Source: Bathymodiolus heckerae thiotrophic gill symbiont (GTDB taxonomy: Bacteria > Pseudomonadota > Gammaproteobacteria > PS1 > Pseudothioglobaceae). From it: a stretch of 19,548 nt of DNA. A program made the translations under genes and the position numbers. Shown here piece after piece: positions 7,740-15,817 of this stretch. The stretch covers positions 1-19,548 of the forward strand of contig NZ_FXLV01000026.1 in assembly GCF_900180345.1 (NCBI RefSeq). The letters are read 5' to 3'. The notes under the pieces were generated by a model. That model saw only the letters and a program-made list of their open reading frames with translations. It did not search any database and was not told the origin of the DNA. Position 1 is the first letter of the stretch; each line of letters begins with the position of its first letter.

Positions 7740-9587
7740 ATGCCACTGATTACACTTGACAATCTTTCTCTGCGTTTTGCTGAAAAACCTATTTTAAATG
7801 AGGTGAGTGCCACCATTTTAAAAGGTGAAAAAATCGCACTCATTGGGCGTAATGGCGAGGGAAAATCAACCTTTATGCGTGTTTTAGCTGGAGAAATTGA
7901 GGCGGACGATGGCAAATTAAAGATTAAAAATGGCATAAAAATTAGTTATTTAGAACAAACACCGCCCGAAGATAATGAAAAAAAACTGTTTGATGTAGTC
8001 GCCGAAGGCTTGGGAGATATTGGGGTTATTCTCACGCAATATCAACAATTAATAACAGAAGGAAAACTGAATCAGGCTACTAACTTACAAGAACAAATTG
8101 ACCAACTTGATGGCTGGCAATATCTACATAAAATCGAAATCATCCTACAACGCTTCACCCTGAATCCAGAGGCAATTTTGTCCACTTTATCAGGCGGCTG
8201 GCGGCGACGGGTAATGCTGGCAAAAGCCTTAATACAAGAGCCAAATGTGCTGTTGCTTGACGAGCCAACCAACCACATGGACATTACTGCCATTCTTGAC
8301 TTGGAAAAAATGCTCAAAGACTATCACGGTACTTTGGTGCTCATCAGCCACGACCGTTCTTTTATGGCAGGCATTGTTAATAAAGTATACGACCTTGACC
8401 GTGGTAATTTAGCGGTATTTGAGTGCGGCTATCAAGATTATGTCAAACGCAAAGACAATGTCCTTAATTCAGAGGCATTGGCGAACAAAAGATTTGACAA
8501 AAAACTGGCACAAGAAGAGGTGTGGATTCGCCAAGGCATTAAGGCGAGAAGAACCCGCAACGAAGGTAGAGTGCGGGCTTTACAGGCAATGCGCTCTTCA
8601 TTCATCAGTCGTAGGCAAAAGCAAGGCAAAGTCAAAATACATTCAGTAGCAGAAGATGAAAAACGCGCCTCAAAAGTTGTCTTTGAAGTCAAGAAAATGT
8701 CTTATAAAATCGGCAATTTGCAATTGGTAAAAGATTTTTCTATGTTGGTGTTAAAAGGCGAAAAAATCGGCATTATCGGTGGCAATGGTACAGGAAAATC
8801 CACTTTTATCAAACTACTACTGGACGAATTACAACCCGACAGTGGCTCTATTCGTCGCTCAAAAACCATCAAACTGGCTTATTTTGACCAAATGCGAGAA
8901 AATCTTGACCTGAATATGAAGGCCATGGATTTTGTCTCAGGCGGTCGAGAGCATATCGATATTGGCGGCAAAAGCAAGCACATTATCGGCTATTTGCGTC
9001 AATTCCTATTCACTGGAAAACAAGCCATGGCACCGATTAGAATGTTTTCTGGTGGTGAAAAAAACCGCCTAATGCTGGCTAAAATCCTTTCTCAACCTGC
9101 CAATTTATTGGTATTGGATGAGCCGACCAACGACCTTGATGTAGAAACCTTGGAGCTACTAGAAGAAATGCTAGTGGACTACACCGGCACGCTGATTTTG
9201 ATTTCCCACGATAGGTCTTTTCTTAATAATGTGGTCGGCTCAACCTTAGTTATGGACGGCAATGGTATTATCAATCAATATGCAGGTGGCTATGACGATT
9301 ATCTCAGCCAAAAACAAAGCGATTTAAACGCTAAAGAAAAAACCAAAGCCAAACCAGTTAAAAAAACAACTCAAACAACCAACAAACTCACCTACAAACA
9401 ACAACAGGAGCTTGATAAACTACCCGAAAAAATCGAAAAAACTGAGATAGAGATTAAAGAAATGCAATTAAAACTCTCTAGCCCTGATTTTTTTCAAACG
9501 GATGCCTCTCAAGAAGCCTTAATTAAACTTGCCAGACTAGAGAGCGATTTAGAGCGTTATTACGAACAGTGGAGTGCGTTAGAATGA
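7740..9587 (+). CDS. uup: ABC-F family ATPase Uup
   Basis: The 615-aa ORF has two ABC cassettes: Walker A GRNGEGKST and GGNGTGKST, signatures LSGGWRRR and FSGGEKNR, and Walker B LLLDEPTNHMD and LVLDEPTNDLD. It has no TM domain. The C-terminal Lys/Glu-rich coiled-coil tail (KLTYKQQQELDKLPEKIEKTEIEIKEMQ) matches E. coli Uup. Confidence 0.9.
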   Translation: MPLITLDNLSLRFAEKPILNEVSATILKGEKIALIGRNGEGKSTFMRVLAGEIEADDGKLKIKNGIKISYLEQTPPEDNEKKLFDVVAEGLGDIGVILTQYQQLITEGKLNQATNLQEQIDQLDGWQYLHKIEIILQRFTLNPEAILSTLSGGWRRRVMLAKALIQEPNVLLLDEPTNHMDITAILDLEKMLKDYHGTLVLISHDRSFMAGIVNKVYDLDRGNLAVFECGYQDYVKRKDNVLNSEALANKRFDKKLAQEEVWIRQGIKARRTRNEGRVRALQAMRSSFISRRQKQGKVKIHSVAEDEKRASKVVFEVKKMSYKIGNLQLVKDFSMLVLKGEKIGIIGGNGTGKSTFIKLLLDELQPDSGSIRRSKTIKLAYFDQMRENLDLNMKAMDFVSGGREHIDIGGKSKHIIGYLRQFLFTGKQAMAPIRMFSGGEKNRLMLAKILSQPANLLVLDEPTNDLDVETLELLEEMLVDYTGTLILISHDRSFLNNVVGSTLVMDGNGIINQYAGGYDDYLSQKQSDLNAKEKTKAKPVKKTTQTTNKLTYKQQQELDKLPEKIEKTEIEIKEMQLKLSSPDFFQTDASQEALIKLARLESDLERYYEQWSALE

Positions 9588-10123
9588 AAAACACACCCTT
9601 AATTGTTGATTTAGATCACACCTTAATTGACACCGATTTATTGTACGAATCCTCAATCGCAACGCTTAAAAAAAGCCCATGGCTAATACTAAAATACCCT
9701 TTTTGGTTCGCACAAGGTAAAGGCTATCTCAAGGAACAATTAGTCAATCGCTGTGATATCGACATCACCGCTCTACCTTACAACCAAACCACCATTGATT
9801 ATATTCAGCAACGCAAAAAAGACGGTTGCAAAGTAATACTTGCCACTGCCTCTCACAAAGATTATGCGTTTGCCGTTGCCAAGCACCTTGAGTTATTTGA
9901 CGATGTTATGGCAAGCAATGCAGGGTTTAATCTGTCCTCACACAACAAAGCAAAGAAATTGATTGAACGCTTTGGCGAGCGGGAATTTGATTATATGGGC
10001 GACCACCTGCGTGATTTGCCCATTTGGGAGGCTTCTAATCTGTCAATTCTGGTTAATATATCAAACAGTATTATCAGCAAAACCAAACACCTTAACACAC
10101 TAGTCTTGTCAAAAAAACACTAA
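9584..10123 (+). CDS. HAD-superfamily hydrolase (subfamily IB-like), stand-alone
   Basis: It carries HAD motif I, VDLDHTLIDTD. The ATG at 9584 overlaps the uup stop (ATGA), and GGAG lies 9 nt upstream. The track ORF start at 9569 is a GTG that I consider less likely. Confidence 0.75.
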   Translation: MKNTPLIVDLDHTLIDTDLLYESSIATLKKSPWLILKYPFWFAQGKGYLKEQLVNRCDIDITALPYNQTTIDYIQQRKKDGCKVILATASHKDYAFAVAKHLELFDDVMASNAGFNLSSHNKAKKLIERFGEREFDYMGDHLRDLPIWEASNLSILVNISNSIISKTKHLNTLVLSKKH

Positions 10124-10154
10124 AAAAAATAATTCCATTTCCCCAAGAGCCGAC

Positions 10155-10163
10155 TGATATAAT
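10155..10163 (+). promoter_or_regulatory. Candidate extended -10 promoter (TGATATAAT) for the outer-membrane protein gene
   Basis: A perfect TGnTATAAT lies about 75 nt upstream of the ATG at 10239, and AAGGGG lies shortly before the ATG. There is no good -35. Confidence 0.3.
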
Positions 10164-10238
10164 ACCGCCTTTTGTTGTGTGTTTTAACAATAAATTATCA
10201 ACGGTTCAATTATCATAAATTTTAAGGGGTATCACAAA

Positions 10239-10991
10239 ATGTTAAAAACAACACTGGCAACTATCTTTCTAATCGCCACCACCGCCCAAGTACAAGCAGA
10301 AATGACACTTAAACATGGGTTTTATTTAAGCAAGTCTGCTGGTAGCATTGATGCAGATATTTCTGGAAAACATCAGGATTTTTCCGCATTCACTGGCACA
10401 AACCCCGAAGATATTACTGAAAAAAATGCTAGAATCTATGATGGGAAAATTTCCAATGCCCGTTCTTTTGGCTACAATTTAAGATACACGCCAAAAGTTG
10501 GTTTTGGCTATGAACTAGGGCTTTATTTTACTAAAATTAAAATGCCAACCCAAAATGCAGCATTAATTCATGATGATGGCAGTGCTTTTAAGGCTTTTGC
10601 CCCAAATGGAAATATAATAGATGTTGTGGTAAAATCTCCCTCCTCTCATATAACCACTACTGACCTTTATTTGGGTGGCTTGTATAACTTTACAACCGTT
10701 GATAAAATAACCCCTTATGTTGGGTTGGGTTATGCCAAAGTTAAAGGCAACTGGCATCAATCTTATTATAGAGGAACGCCTGGTGGCGTAGGGTATGGAC
10801 AAAGTGGAAAAACCAAAATTGATGGGCATTATGTTAGTGCTAAAGCAGGTGTCAATTTCAAAGAAAATTATAATTTAGAACTAGAGCATGCCAAGCACAA
10901 ACTTCATGCCGATGCTTTTAGAAGTTTCAATATCAACGGCTCAGATTCTGAGTTTAACCGCACCTCTGTTAATCTTATTATTAACTTCTAA
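10239..10991 (+). CDS. Outer-membrane beta-barrel protein (OmpA-like/OmpW-like porin-type barrel family)
   Basis: The 250-aa ORF has a signal peptide MLKTTLATIFLIATTAQVQA|E, Gly/Tyr-rich alternating strands (PYVGLGYAKV) and a C-terminal ...LIINF ending in Phe, as expected for BAM-dependent OMPs. Confidence 0.75.
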   Translation: MLKTTLATIFLIATTAQVQAEMTLKHGFYLSKSAGSIDADISGKHQDFSAFTGTNPEDITEKNARIYDGKISNARSFGYNLRYTPKVGFGYELGLYFTKIKMPTQNAALIHDDGSAFKAFAPNGNIIDVVVKSPSSHITTTDLYLGGLYNFTTVDKITPYVGLGYAKVKGNWHQSYYRGTPGGVGYGQSGKTKIDGHYVSAKAGVNFKENYNLELEHAKHKLHADAFRSFNINGSDSEFNRTSVNLIINF

Positions 10992-11010
10992 TTTTTAATC
11001 ATTTTTACAG

Positions 11011-11039
11011 AAAAAAAGGTAGTTTCGCTACCTTTTTTT
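11011..11039. terminator. Bidirectional rho-independent terminator
   Basis: The sequence is A7-GGTAG-TTTCG-CTACC-T7, so the stem-loop is flanked by an A-run and a T-run and either strand yields a hairpin plus U-tract. It sits between the convergent OMP gene and the small minus-strand ORFs. Confidence 0.6.
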
Positions 11040-11069
11040 ACGCCTAAATAATTAGGGTTAGAGTGTCAT

Positions 11070-11253
11070 TTATTCAACATTTTTCTTTGATCTCCCTGCT
11101 TTTCTACTGCTTACTCTGGCATTGGTCAAAGTCTCGATTTCTTTGATAAAAATCTCATTACCAAGCGCTAATTCTTTGCTAACGGTGATGCGGGTATCTG
11201 CCAATATCTGCGTTGTGGCAAATAATAAACTTAAAAATTACCAACTTTTTCAT
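11070..11253 (-). pseudogene. Small secreted-protein gene interrupted by a 1-nt frameshift (or homopolymer sequencing error)
   Basis: CAGGAGAAAGAA precedes the ATG at 11253. As written, the ORF is MKKLVIFKFIICHNADIGRYPHHR followed by a stop. Removing one T from the T5 run (plus-strand A5 at 11233-11237) gives a 60-aa ORF, MKKLVILSLLFATTQILADTRITVSKELALGNEIFIKEIETLTNARVSSRKAGRSKKNVE, with a textbook signal peptide. It ends at the TAA at 11072-11070, just before the terminator. Confidence 0.5.
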
Positions 11254-11268
11254 TTCTTTCTCCTGTTT

Positions 11269-11448
11269 TTAAACCCCTTCGATTAAATAAGACAAACTGC
11301 CTAAGAGTAAATAAACAACACTGGTAACCATAAGTGTGGCGGCGATAACTCTGGCTAGGACAAGGTTTTTGCCTAAAATTTGCTTGTTAAAAAACCATAT
11401 AGCATAGCCAACAATGAAAGCAATAATGAGTAGTCGTATTAGGAGCAT
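11269..11448 (-). CDS. Hypothetical small membrane protein, 59 aa, two predicted TM helices
   Basis: The ORF is one residue under the ORF-track cutoff. My hand translation is MLLIRLLIIAFIVGYAIWFFNKQILGKNLVLARVIAATLMVTSVVYLLLGSLSYLIEGV. It starts 9 nt after the uvrC stop and ends 15 nt before the next ATG. There is no obvious SD. Confidence 0.45.
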   Translation of the reverse strand: MLLIRLLIIAFIVGYAIWFFNKQILGKNLVLARVIAATLMVTSVVYLLLGSLSYLIEGV

Positions 11449-11457
11449 AATTTAATT

Positions 11458-13239
11458 TTATCGTAATTTATCCGCAATTTTAGTCGCTAAAGCGAGACTG
11501 ATACCGCTAACTTTTTGTATTTCATTAGCCGATGCTTTTTTGATTTCTTGCAAGCCACCAAAGTAATTAAGTAGTGCTGTTCTGCGTAGTTTTCCTACAC
11601 CAGCAATACCTTCAAGTAGTGATGTGGTGCGTTTTTTTCCGCGTTTTTGACGATGATTTTTAATCGCAAAGCGGTGTGATTCGTCACGAATATGATTGAC
11701 CAACATCAGTGCGGGGTCGTGAGGCACTAGGTTAATTTTGTTAACTTTTTCGTCTTTAACCGTGATTAAGGTCTCAAGCCCTGCTTTTCGCCCTTCCCCC
11801 TTGGCCACACCGACTAATTGCACATTGTCCACGCCGATGGCGTTCATTACCATAATGGCTTGATTGAGCTGCCCTAGTCCGCCGTCAATAAAGACAACAT
11901 CTGGCAGAGGGATTTTCTCCTTTAGCAGGCGAGAATAGCGCCTAAAAACTGCCTGATTCATCGCCGCATAATCATCGCCTGGGGTGATATTGTTGATGTT
12001 AAATTGGCGATATTTTTTAACTTTTGGCAGTCCTTTTTCAAACACCACGCACGAGGCAACAGTCGCCTCGCCCATGGTGTGGCTAATATCAAAGCATTCC
12101 ATGGTGTTTGGTAATATTTTGAGATTGAGTGTTTTTTGCAGTTGTTGAAGTTGTGTGTGCTTGGTGAATTTTGAGATGAGTTGTTGTTTTAGGTTTTCCT
12201 GTGCGGTAAGTGTGGCAATTTTTAAAAAATGGCGTTTGTCTTTTTGTGGTGTGTCAATAATTTGTGTAGATAGCGCCGAGGCGATGAGTTTTTTGTCTGT
12301 TAGTTTCTCACTGAGTAAAAGTTGTTTGGGTGTATCTTTGCCCAAATAATACAGCGGCAGAAAAGCCGATAAAACTACTTTGCTCGGCTTGCCCTTGGCG
12401 TGTTGCGGGAAAATACATTCTTGCCCAATTTGCTTGCCTGAGCGCACAAACAAAACCTCAACAGCGTGAACGCCATCTTGGGTAACAATGCTAATCACAT
12501 CCATATTGCCCATACTTTGAGAGCTGTGTTGTTCTTGAATAGTGCGCAAACCAATCATTTGATCGCGCAGACGAGCTGCCAACTCAAAATCTTGATTTTT
12601 GGCAGCAACTTGCATTTTTTTAGAGATATTATCTAGCGTTTGCACCCCTTTTCCTGACAAGAAAAGCCCCATCATTTTGACATCTTGTGTGTAGTCTTTA
12701 TCGCTAATTTTCCCCACACAAGGTGCACTACATAGCCCAATTTGGTATTCTAGGCAAGGTCTTGACCTTGAGCGATAAGTGGCGTTAGTGCATTGCCTAA
12801 CTTTAAAAATTTTCTTGAGTAAATTCAGCGAATCTCGAACTACGAGTGCAGAAGGATAAGGCCCAAAAAATTGATAGTTTTCTCGTTTAGTGCCCCGATA
12901 AAAACCTGCTCTTGGATGTTTGTCATTGGTAAGATAAATATAAGGATAGCTTTTTGCGTCTTTGAGTAAAATGTTGTATCGTGGCTTGTTTTCCTTAATC
13001 AGTTGATTTTCTAACAGCAATGCCTGCGTTTCTGTATCGGTAATTACTACCTCAAAATCTTTAATATTGGTAACCAAAACTCGGGTTTTATCGTCTTGAT
13101 GGGTTTTAGAAAAGTAACTGGACACCCGTTTTTTAAGGTTTTTTGCCTTACCAACATAAATCACCATGCCTTGTTTATCAAGCATTTGATAAACGCCAGA
13201 TTGGGTTGTTAAATTTTTTAGTTTTTCTTTAATTGACAT
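11458..13239 (-). CDS. uvrC: Excinuclease ABC subunit C
   Basis: The 593-aa ORF has an N-terminal GIY-YIG module (GVYQMLDKQGMVIYVGKAKNLKKRVSSYF), a UvrBC-interaction region and a C-terminal helix-hairpin-helix region. Confidence 0.95.
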   Translation of the reverse strand: MSIKEKLKNLTTQSGVYQMLDKQGMVIYVGKAKNLKKRVSSYFSKTHQDDKTRVLVTNIKDFEVVITDTETQALLLENQLIKENKPRYNILLKDAKSYPYIYLTNDKHPRAGFYRGTKRENYQFFGPYPSALVVRDSLNLLKKIFKVRQCTNATYRSRSRPCLEYQIGLCSAPCVGKISDKDYTQDVKMMGLFLSGKGVQTLDNISKKMQVAAKNQDFELAARLRDQMIGLRTIQEQHSSQSMGNMDVISIVTQDGVHAVEVLFVRSGKQIGQECIFPQHAKGKPSKVVLSAFLPLYYLGKDTPKQLLLSEKLTDKKLIASALSTQIIDTPQKDKRHFLKIATLTAQENLKQQLISKFTKHTQLQQLQKTLNLKILPNTMECFDISHTMGEATVASCVVFEKGLPKVKKYRQFNINNITPGDDYAAMNQAVFRRYSRLLKEKIPLPDVVFIDGGLGQLNQAIMVMNAIGVDNVQLVGVAKGEGRKAGLETLITVKDEKVNKINLVPHDPALMLVNHIRDESHRFAIKNHRQKRGKKRTTSLLEGIAGVGKLRRTALLNYFGGLQEIKKASANEIQKVSGISLALATKIADKLR

Positions 13240-13286
13240 CTATACAAAAAGGTAAAATACATTTCATTTTGAAAGCCTTTTAAACA

Positions 13287-13931
13287 ATGATTAAAACACT
13301 GCTTATTATATTGCTTATTCTGCCTATTAATTTGGCTTTAGCGGCACAGAATACCACTTTGTCAAATTCAAACTCGTTGAATGGTATTATTGACCTGCCA
13401 AATACAGCCGCGCTCAATATTATGATGGGTGCTTTGTCGTCGCTTAAAGAGCTTAGAGAGCAAAATAAAGCCACACCTGAGAATATCGAAACACTTATTA
13501 AAATCAAACTGTTACCTAATATTGCATTGGATGTTTCAGCTCGGTTGGCACTAAAAAAACACTGGCACACTCTTAACAGCCAACAACAGCACATTTTTCA
13601 GCAATATATTACTGAGTCTTTAATTAGAGATTATGCAGGTGTTTTAGGAGCTTATAAGCAGTTTGATAGTATCAATATTTCAGTCAATCCTAAGGTAAAA
13701 CGCAAGGACAATAAGGCGATTGTTAAAGTACTCATTGCCTTTAATGAGAGTCAAAATCCTTTCAAAGTAACTTTAAAAATGATTTATTCAAATCGCTGGC
13801 GTGTGTATGATTTAATGTTTTCAGGGGTGAGCCTGGTTAAAAACTATCAGGCACAATTTAATTCACACATTAGGCGCAAAGGCATCGACAGCCTAATGAG
13901 AAAAATTATCAGTAAACTTTCAAAAGGTTAA
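13287..13931 (+). CDS. mlaC: Periplasmic phospholipid-binding protein MlaC (Ttg2D/toluene-tolerance family)
   Basis: The 214-aa ORF has a signal peptide. Its C-terminal segment WRVYDLMFSGVSLVKNYQAQFNSHIRRKGIDSLMRKI parallels E. coli MlaC [33 protein letters not shown]. Confidence 0.8.
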   Translation: MIKTLLIILLILPINLALAAQNTTLSNSNSLNGIIDLPNTAALNIMMGALSSLKELREQNKATPENIETLIKIKLLPNIALDVSARLALKKHWHTLNSQQQHIFQQYITESLIRDYAGVLGAYKQFDSINISVNPKVKRKDNKAIVKVLIAFNESQNPFKVTLKMIYSNRWRVYDLMFSGVSLVKNYQAQFNSHIRRKGIDSLMRKIISKLSKG

Positions 13932-13937
13932 AACACA

Positions 13938-15197
13938 ATGTACAAGCTAGTTATTCAAGGCGGAAAACCTCTACACGGTACTGTTAAAGCCTCAGGGTCT
14001 AAAAATTCTTCATTGCCTATTTTATTTGCCTCTATTTTAGCAGACAGTCCGATTACACTAAACAATACACCACACCTGAGCGATATATCCACCACACTAA
14101 GGTTGTTAATGAGTATGGGCGCTGAGTTTATTTTAGAGTCTGATTCTTCGTTATTCGTTGATTCTTCTAAACTCACTAATTTAGTGGCTGATTACAATTT
14201 GGTGAAAACCATGCGTGCGTCAATTTTGGTATTGGGTCCCATGCTGGCAAAATATGGTGAAGCCAAGGTTTCATTGCCAGGCGGTTGTGCCATTGGCACT
14301 CGTCCTGTTAACCTTCACCTCAAAGCATTGGAGGAATTAAACGCCACTATTGAAGTTAAAAATGGCTATATTTATGCAAAATCCAAGGGCTTAGTGGGTG
14401 CAAATATTCATTTTGACCAAGTAACAGTAACTGCCACAGAAAATGTCATTATGGCAGCCACACTTGCCAAAGGCACAACCACAATCAACAACGCCGCTCA
14501 AGAACCAGAAGTATCTGATTTGTGTTTTTACCTTAATAAAATGGGTGCAAAAATTAGCGGTATCGGCACTTCAATTATTATTATTGAAGGAGTGAAAAAT
14601 TTAGAAGGTGTGCAGTACTCAGTTTGTTCAGACCGTATTGAGGCAGCCACCTATTTGGTTGCCGCTGCTATTACAGGTGGTTCTATCACCGTTAAAAATA
14701 CCAATTCTCAGGTGATGCGCTCCGTACTTGGCAAATTAATCGAAATCGGCGCTGACATTAAAACTGGAAAAGACACCATTAGCCTTGATATGAAAGGAAA
14801 ACGACCAAAATCTGTTAGTATTAAAACTGGCGCCTATCCTAATTTTCCAACCGATATGCAAGCGCAATTTACCGCATTAAACACCATTGCAGAAGGCCAT
14901 AGTAGTATTACTGAAAATATTTTTGAAAACCGCTTTATGCACATTCCTGAACTCATGCGTATGGGGGCAGACCTCATGCTAGAAGGCAACACCGTGGTTT
15001 GCAAAGGGGTAAAGTCACTAACGGGCGCGCATTTAATGGCAACTGACCTAAGGGCTTCGGCATCATTAGTATTGGCAGGATTGGCTGCCAAAGGCACCAC
15101 TACGATTGAGCGGGTTTATCACCTTGACCGTGGTTACGAAACCATTGAAGAAAAGCTAAAATCATTGGGTGCTGACATTGAAAGAGTACAGGATTAA
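13938..15197 (+). CDS. murA: UDP-N-acetylglucosamine 1-carboxyvinyltransferase
   Basis: The 419-aa ORF has the active-site loop LPGGCAIGTRPVNLHL, which contains the fosfomycin-target Cys, and is MurA-like throughout. Confidence 0.97.
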   Translation: MYKLVIQGGKPLHGTVKASGSKNSSLPILFASILADSPITLNNTPHLSDISTTLRLLMSMGAEFILESDSSLFVDSSKLTNLVADYNLVKTMRASILVLGPMLAKYGEAKVSLPGGCAIGTRPVNLHLKALEELNATIEVKNGYIYAKSKGLVGANIHFDQVTVTATENVIMAATLAKGTTTINNAAQEPEVSDLCFYLNKMGAKISGIGTSIIIIEGVKNLEGVQYSVCSDRIEAATYLVAAAITGGSITVKNTNSQVMRSVLGKLIEIGADIKTGKDTISLDMKGKRPKSVSIKTGAYPNFPTDMQAQFTALNTIAEGHSSITENIFENRFMHIPELMRMGADLMLEGNTVVCKGVKSLTGAHLMATDLRASASLVLAGLAAKGTTTIERVYHLDRGYETIEEKLKSLGADIERVQD

Positions 15198-15199
15198 TT

Positions 15200-15817
15200 A
15201 TGTTAACAATCGCATTATCTAAAGGCAGAATTCTTGAGCAAACCCTGCCATTATTAAAAAAAGCAGGGCTAAAAATTGCCGATGCAGAACTGAATTCCAG
15301 AAAGCTGATTTTGGATACCAATCTTGACGATGTCAAAGTAATCGTCATTCGTGCTACTGATGTGCCTGTATTCTTACAACATGGAGCAGCAGACATTGGT
15401 ATTGCTGGCAAAGATGTATTACTAGAGCATGGCGCCAATGGTTTGTTTGAGTTGCTAGATTTAGGTATTGCCAAGTGCAAACTAATGGTAGCAGCCAGGG
15501 ATGAGGGTAAATTAAAACAAAGCACTCTGAAAATTGCCACTAAATATGTCAACTCAGCCAAACGCCACTTTGAAGGCAAAAATCAGCAGATTGAGATTAT
15601 TAAACTCTACGGCGCAATGGAGCTCGCACCCGTGGTTGGCTTAGCGCATTGTATTGTTGATTTGGTCGATACTGGCAATACACTCAAAGCAAACGGACTT
15701 GTGCCGCTTGAACACATTGAAAACATTAGCACTCGTTTAGTGGTTAATGCTGCGTCATTCAAAACCAAAAATGTGCAAATTAAATCCTGGGTTCAGGCAA
15801 TAGAAAAAAACCTATGA
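15200..15817 (+). CDS. hisG: ATP phosphoribosyltransferase, short form (HisZ-dependent type)
   Basis: The 205-aa ORF lacks the C-terminal regulatory domain of long-form HisG. It begins 2 nt after murA and overlaps hisD by 4 nt. Confidence 0.93.
   Translation: MLTIALSKGRILEQTLPLLKKAGLKIADAELNSRKLILDTNLDDVKVIVIRATDVPVFLQHGAADIGIAGKDVLLEHGANGLFELLDLGIAKCKLMVAARDEGKLKQSTLKIATKYVNSAKRHFEGKNQQIEIIKLYGAMELAPVVGLAHCIVDLVDTGNTLKANGLVPLEHIENISTRLVVNAASFKTKNVQIKSWVQAIEKNL

Noticed and set aside
7688-7936. An 82-aa minus-strand ORF spanning the REP region and the start of uup.
   Set aside because: It is antisense to the uup Walker A region and reads through REP copy 3, so it is a shadow ORF.
8072-8692. 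ORFs 8072-8317 (-), 8419-8649 (+) and 8438-8692 (-) inside uup. Also 10563-10829 (-) inside the OMP gene, 12155-12349 (+) inside uvrC, and 18855-19109 (-) and 19232-19498 (+) inside ypjD.
   Set aside because: They are alternative-frame or antisense ORFs inside genes with clear identities.
9569-9583. A GTG start for the HAD gene, as in the ORF track (MECVRM...).
   Set aside because: The ATG at 9584 has GGAG 9 nt upstream and forms an ATGA overlap with the uup stop. The GTG extension would bury that SD inside the coding sequence.
15100-15579. A 159-aa minus-strand ORF. Others are 13280-13594, 13955-14176, 14834-15100, 16351-16617, 16494-16880 and 16738-16920.
   Set aside because: They are antisense to mlaC, murA, hisG and hisD, all of which have strong family signatures. 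None has independent support.
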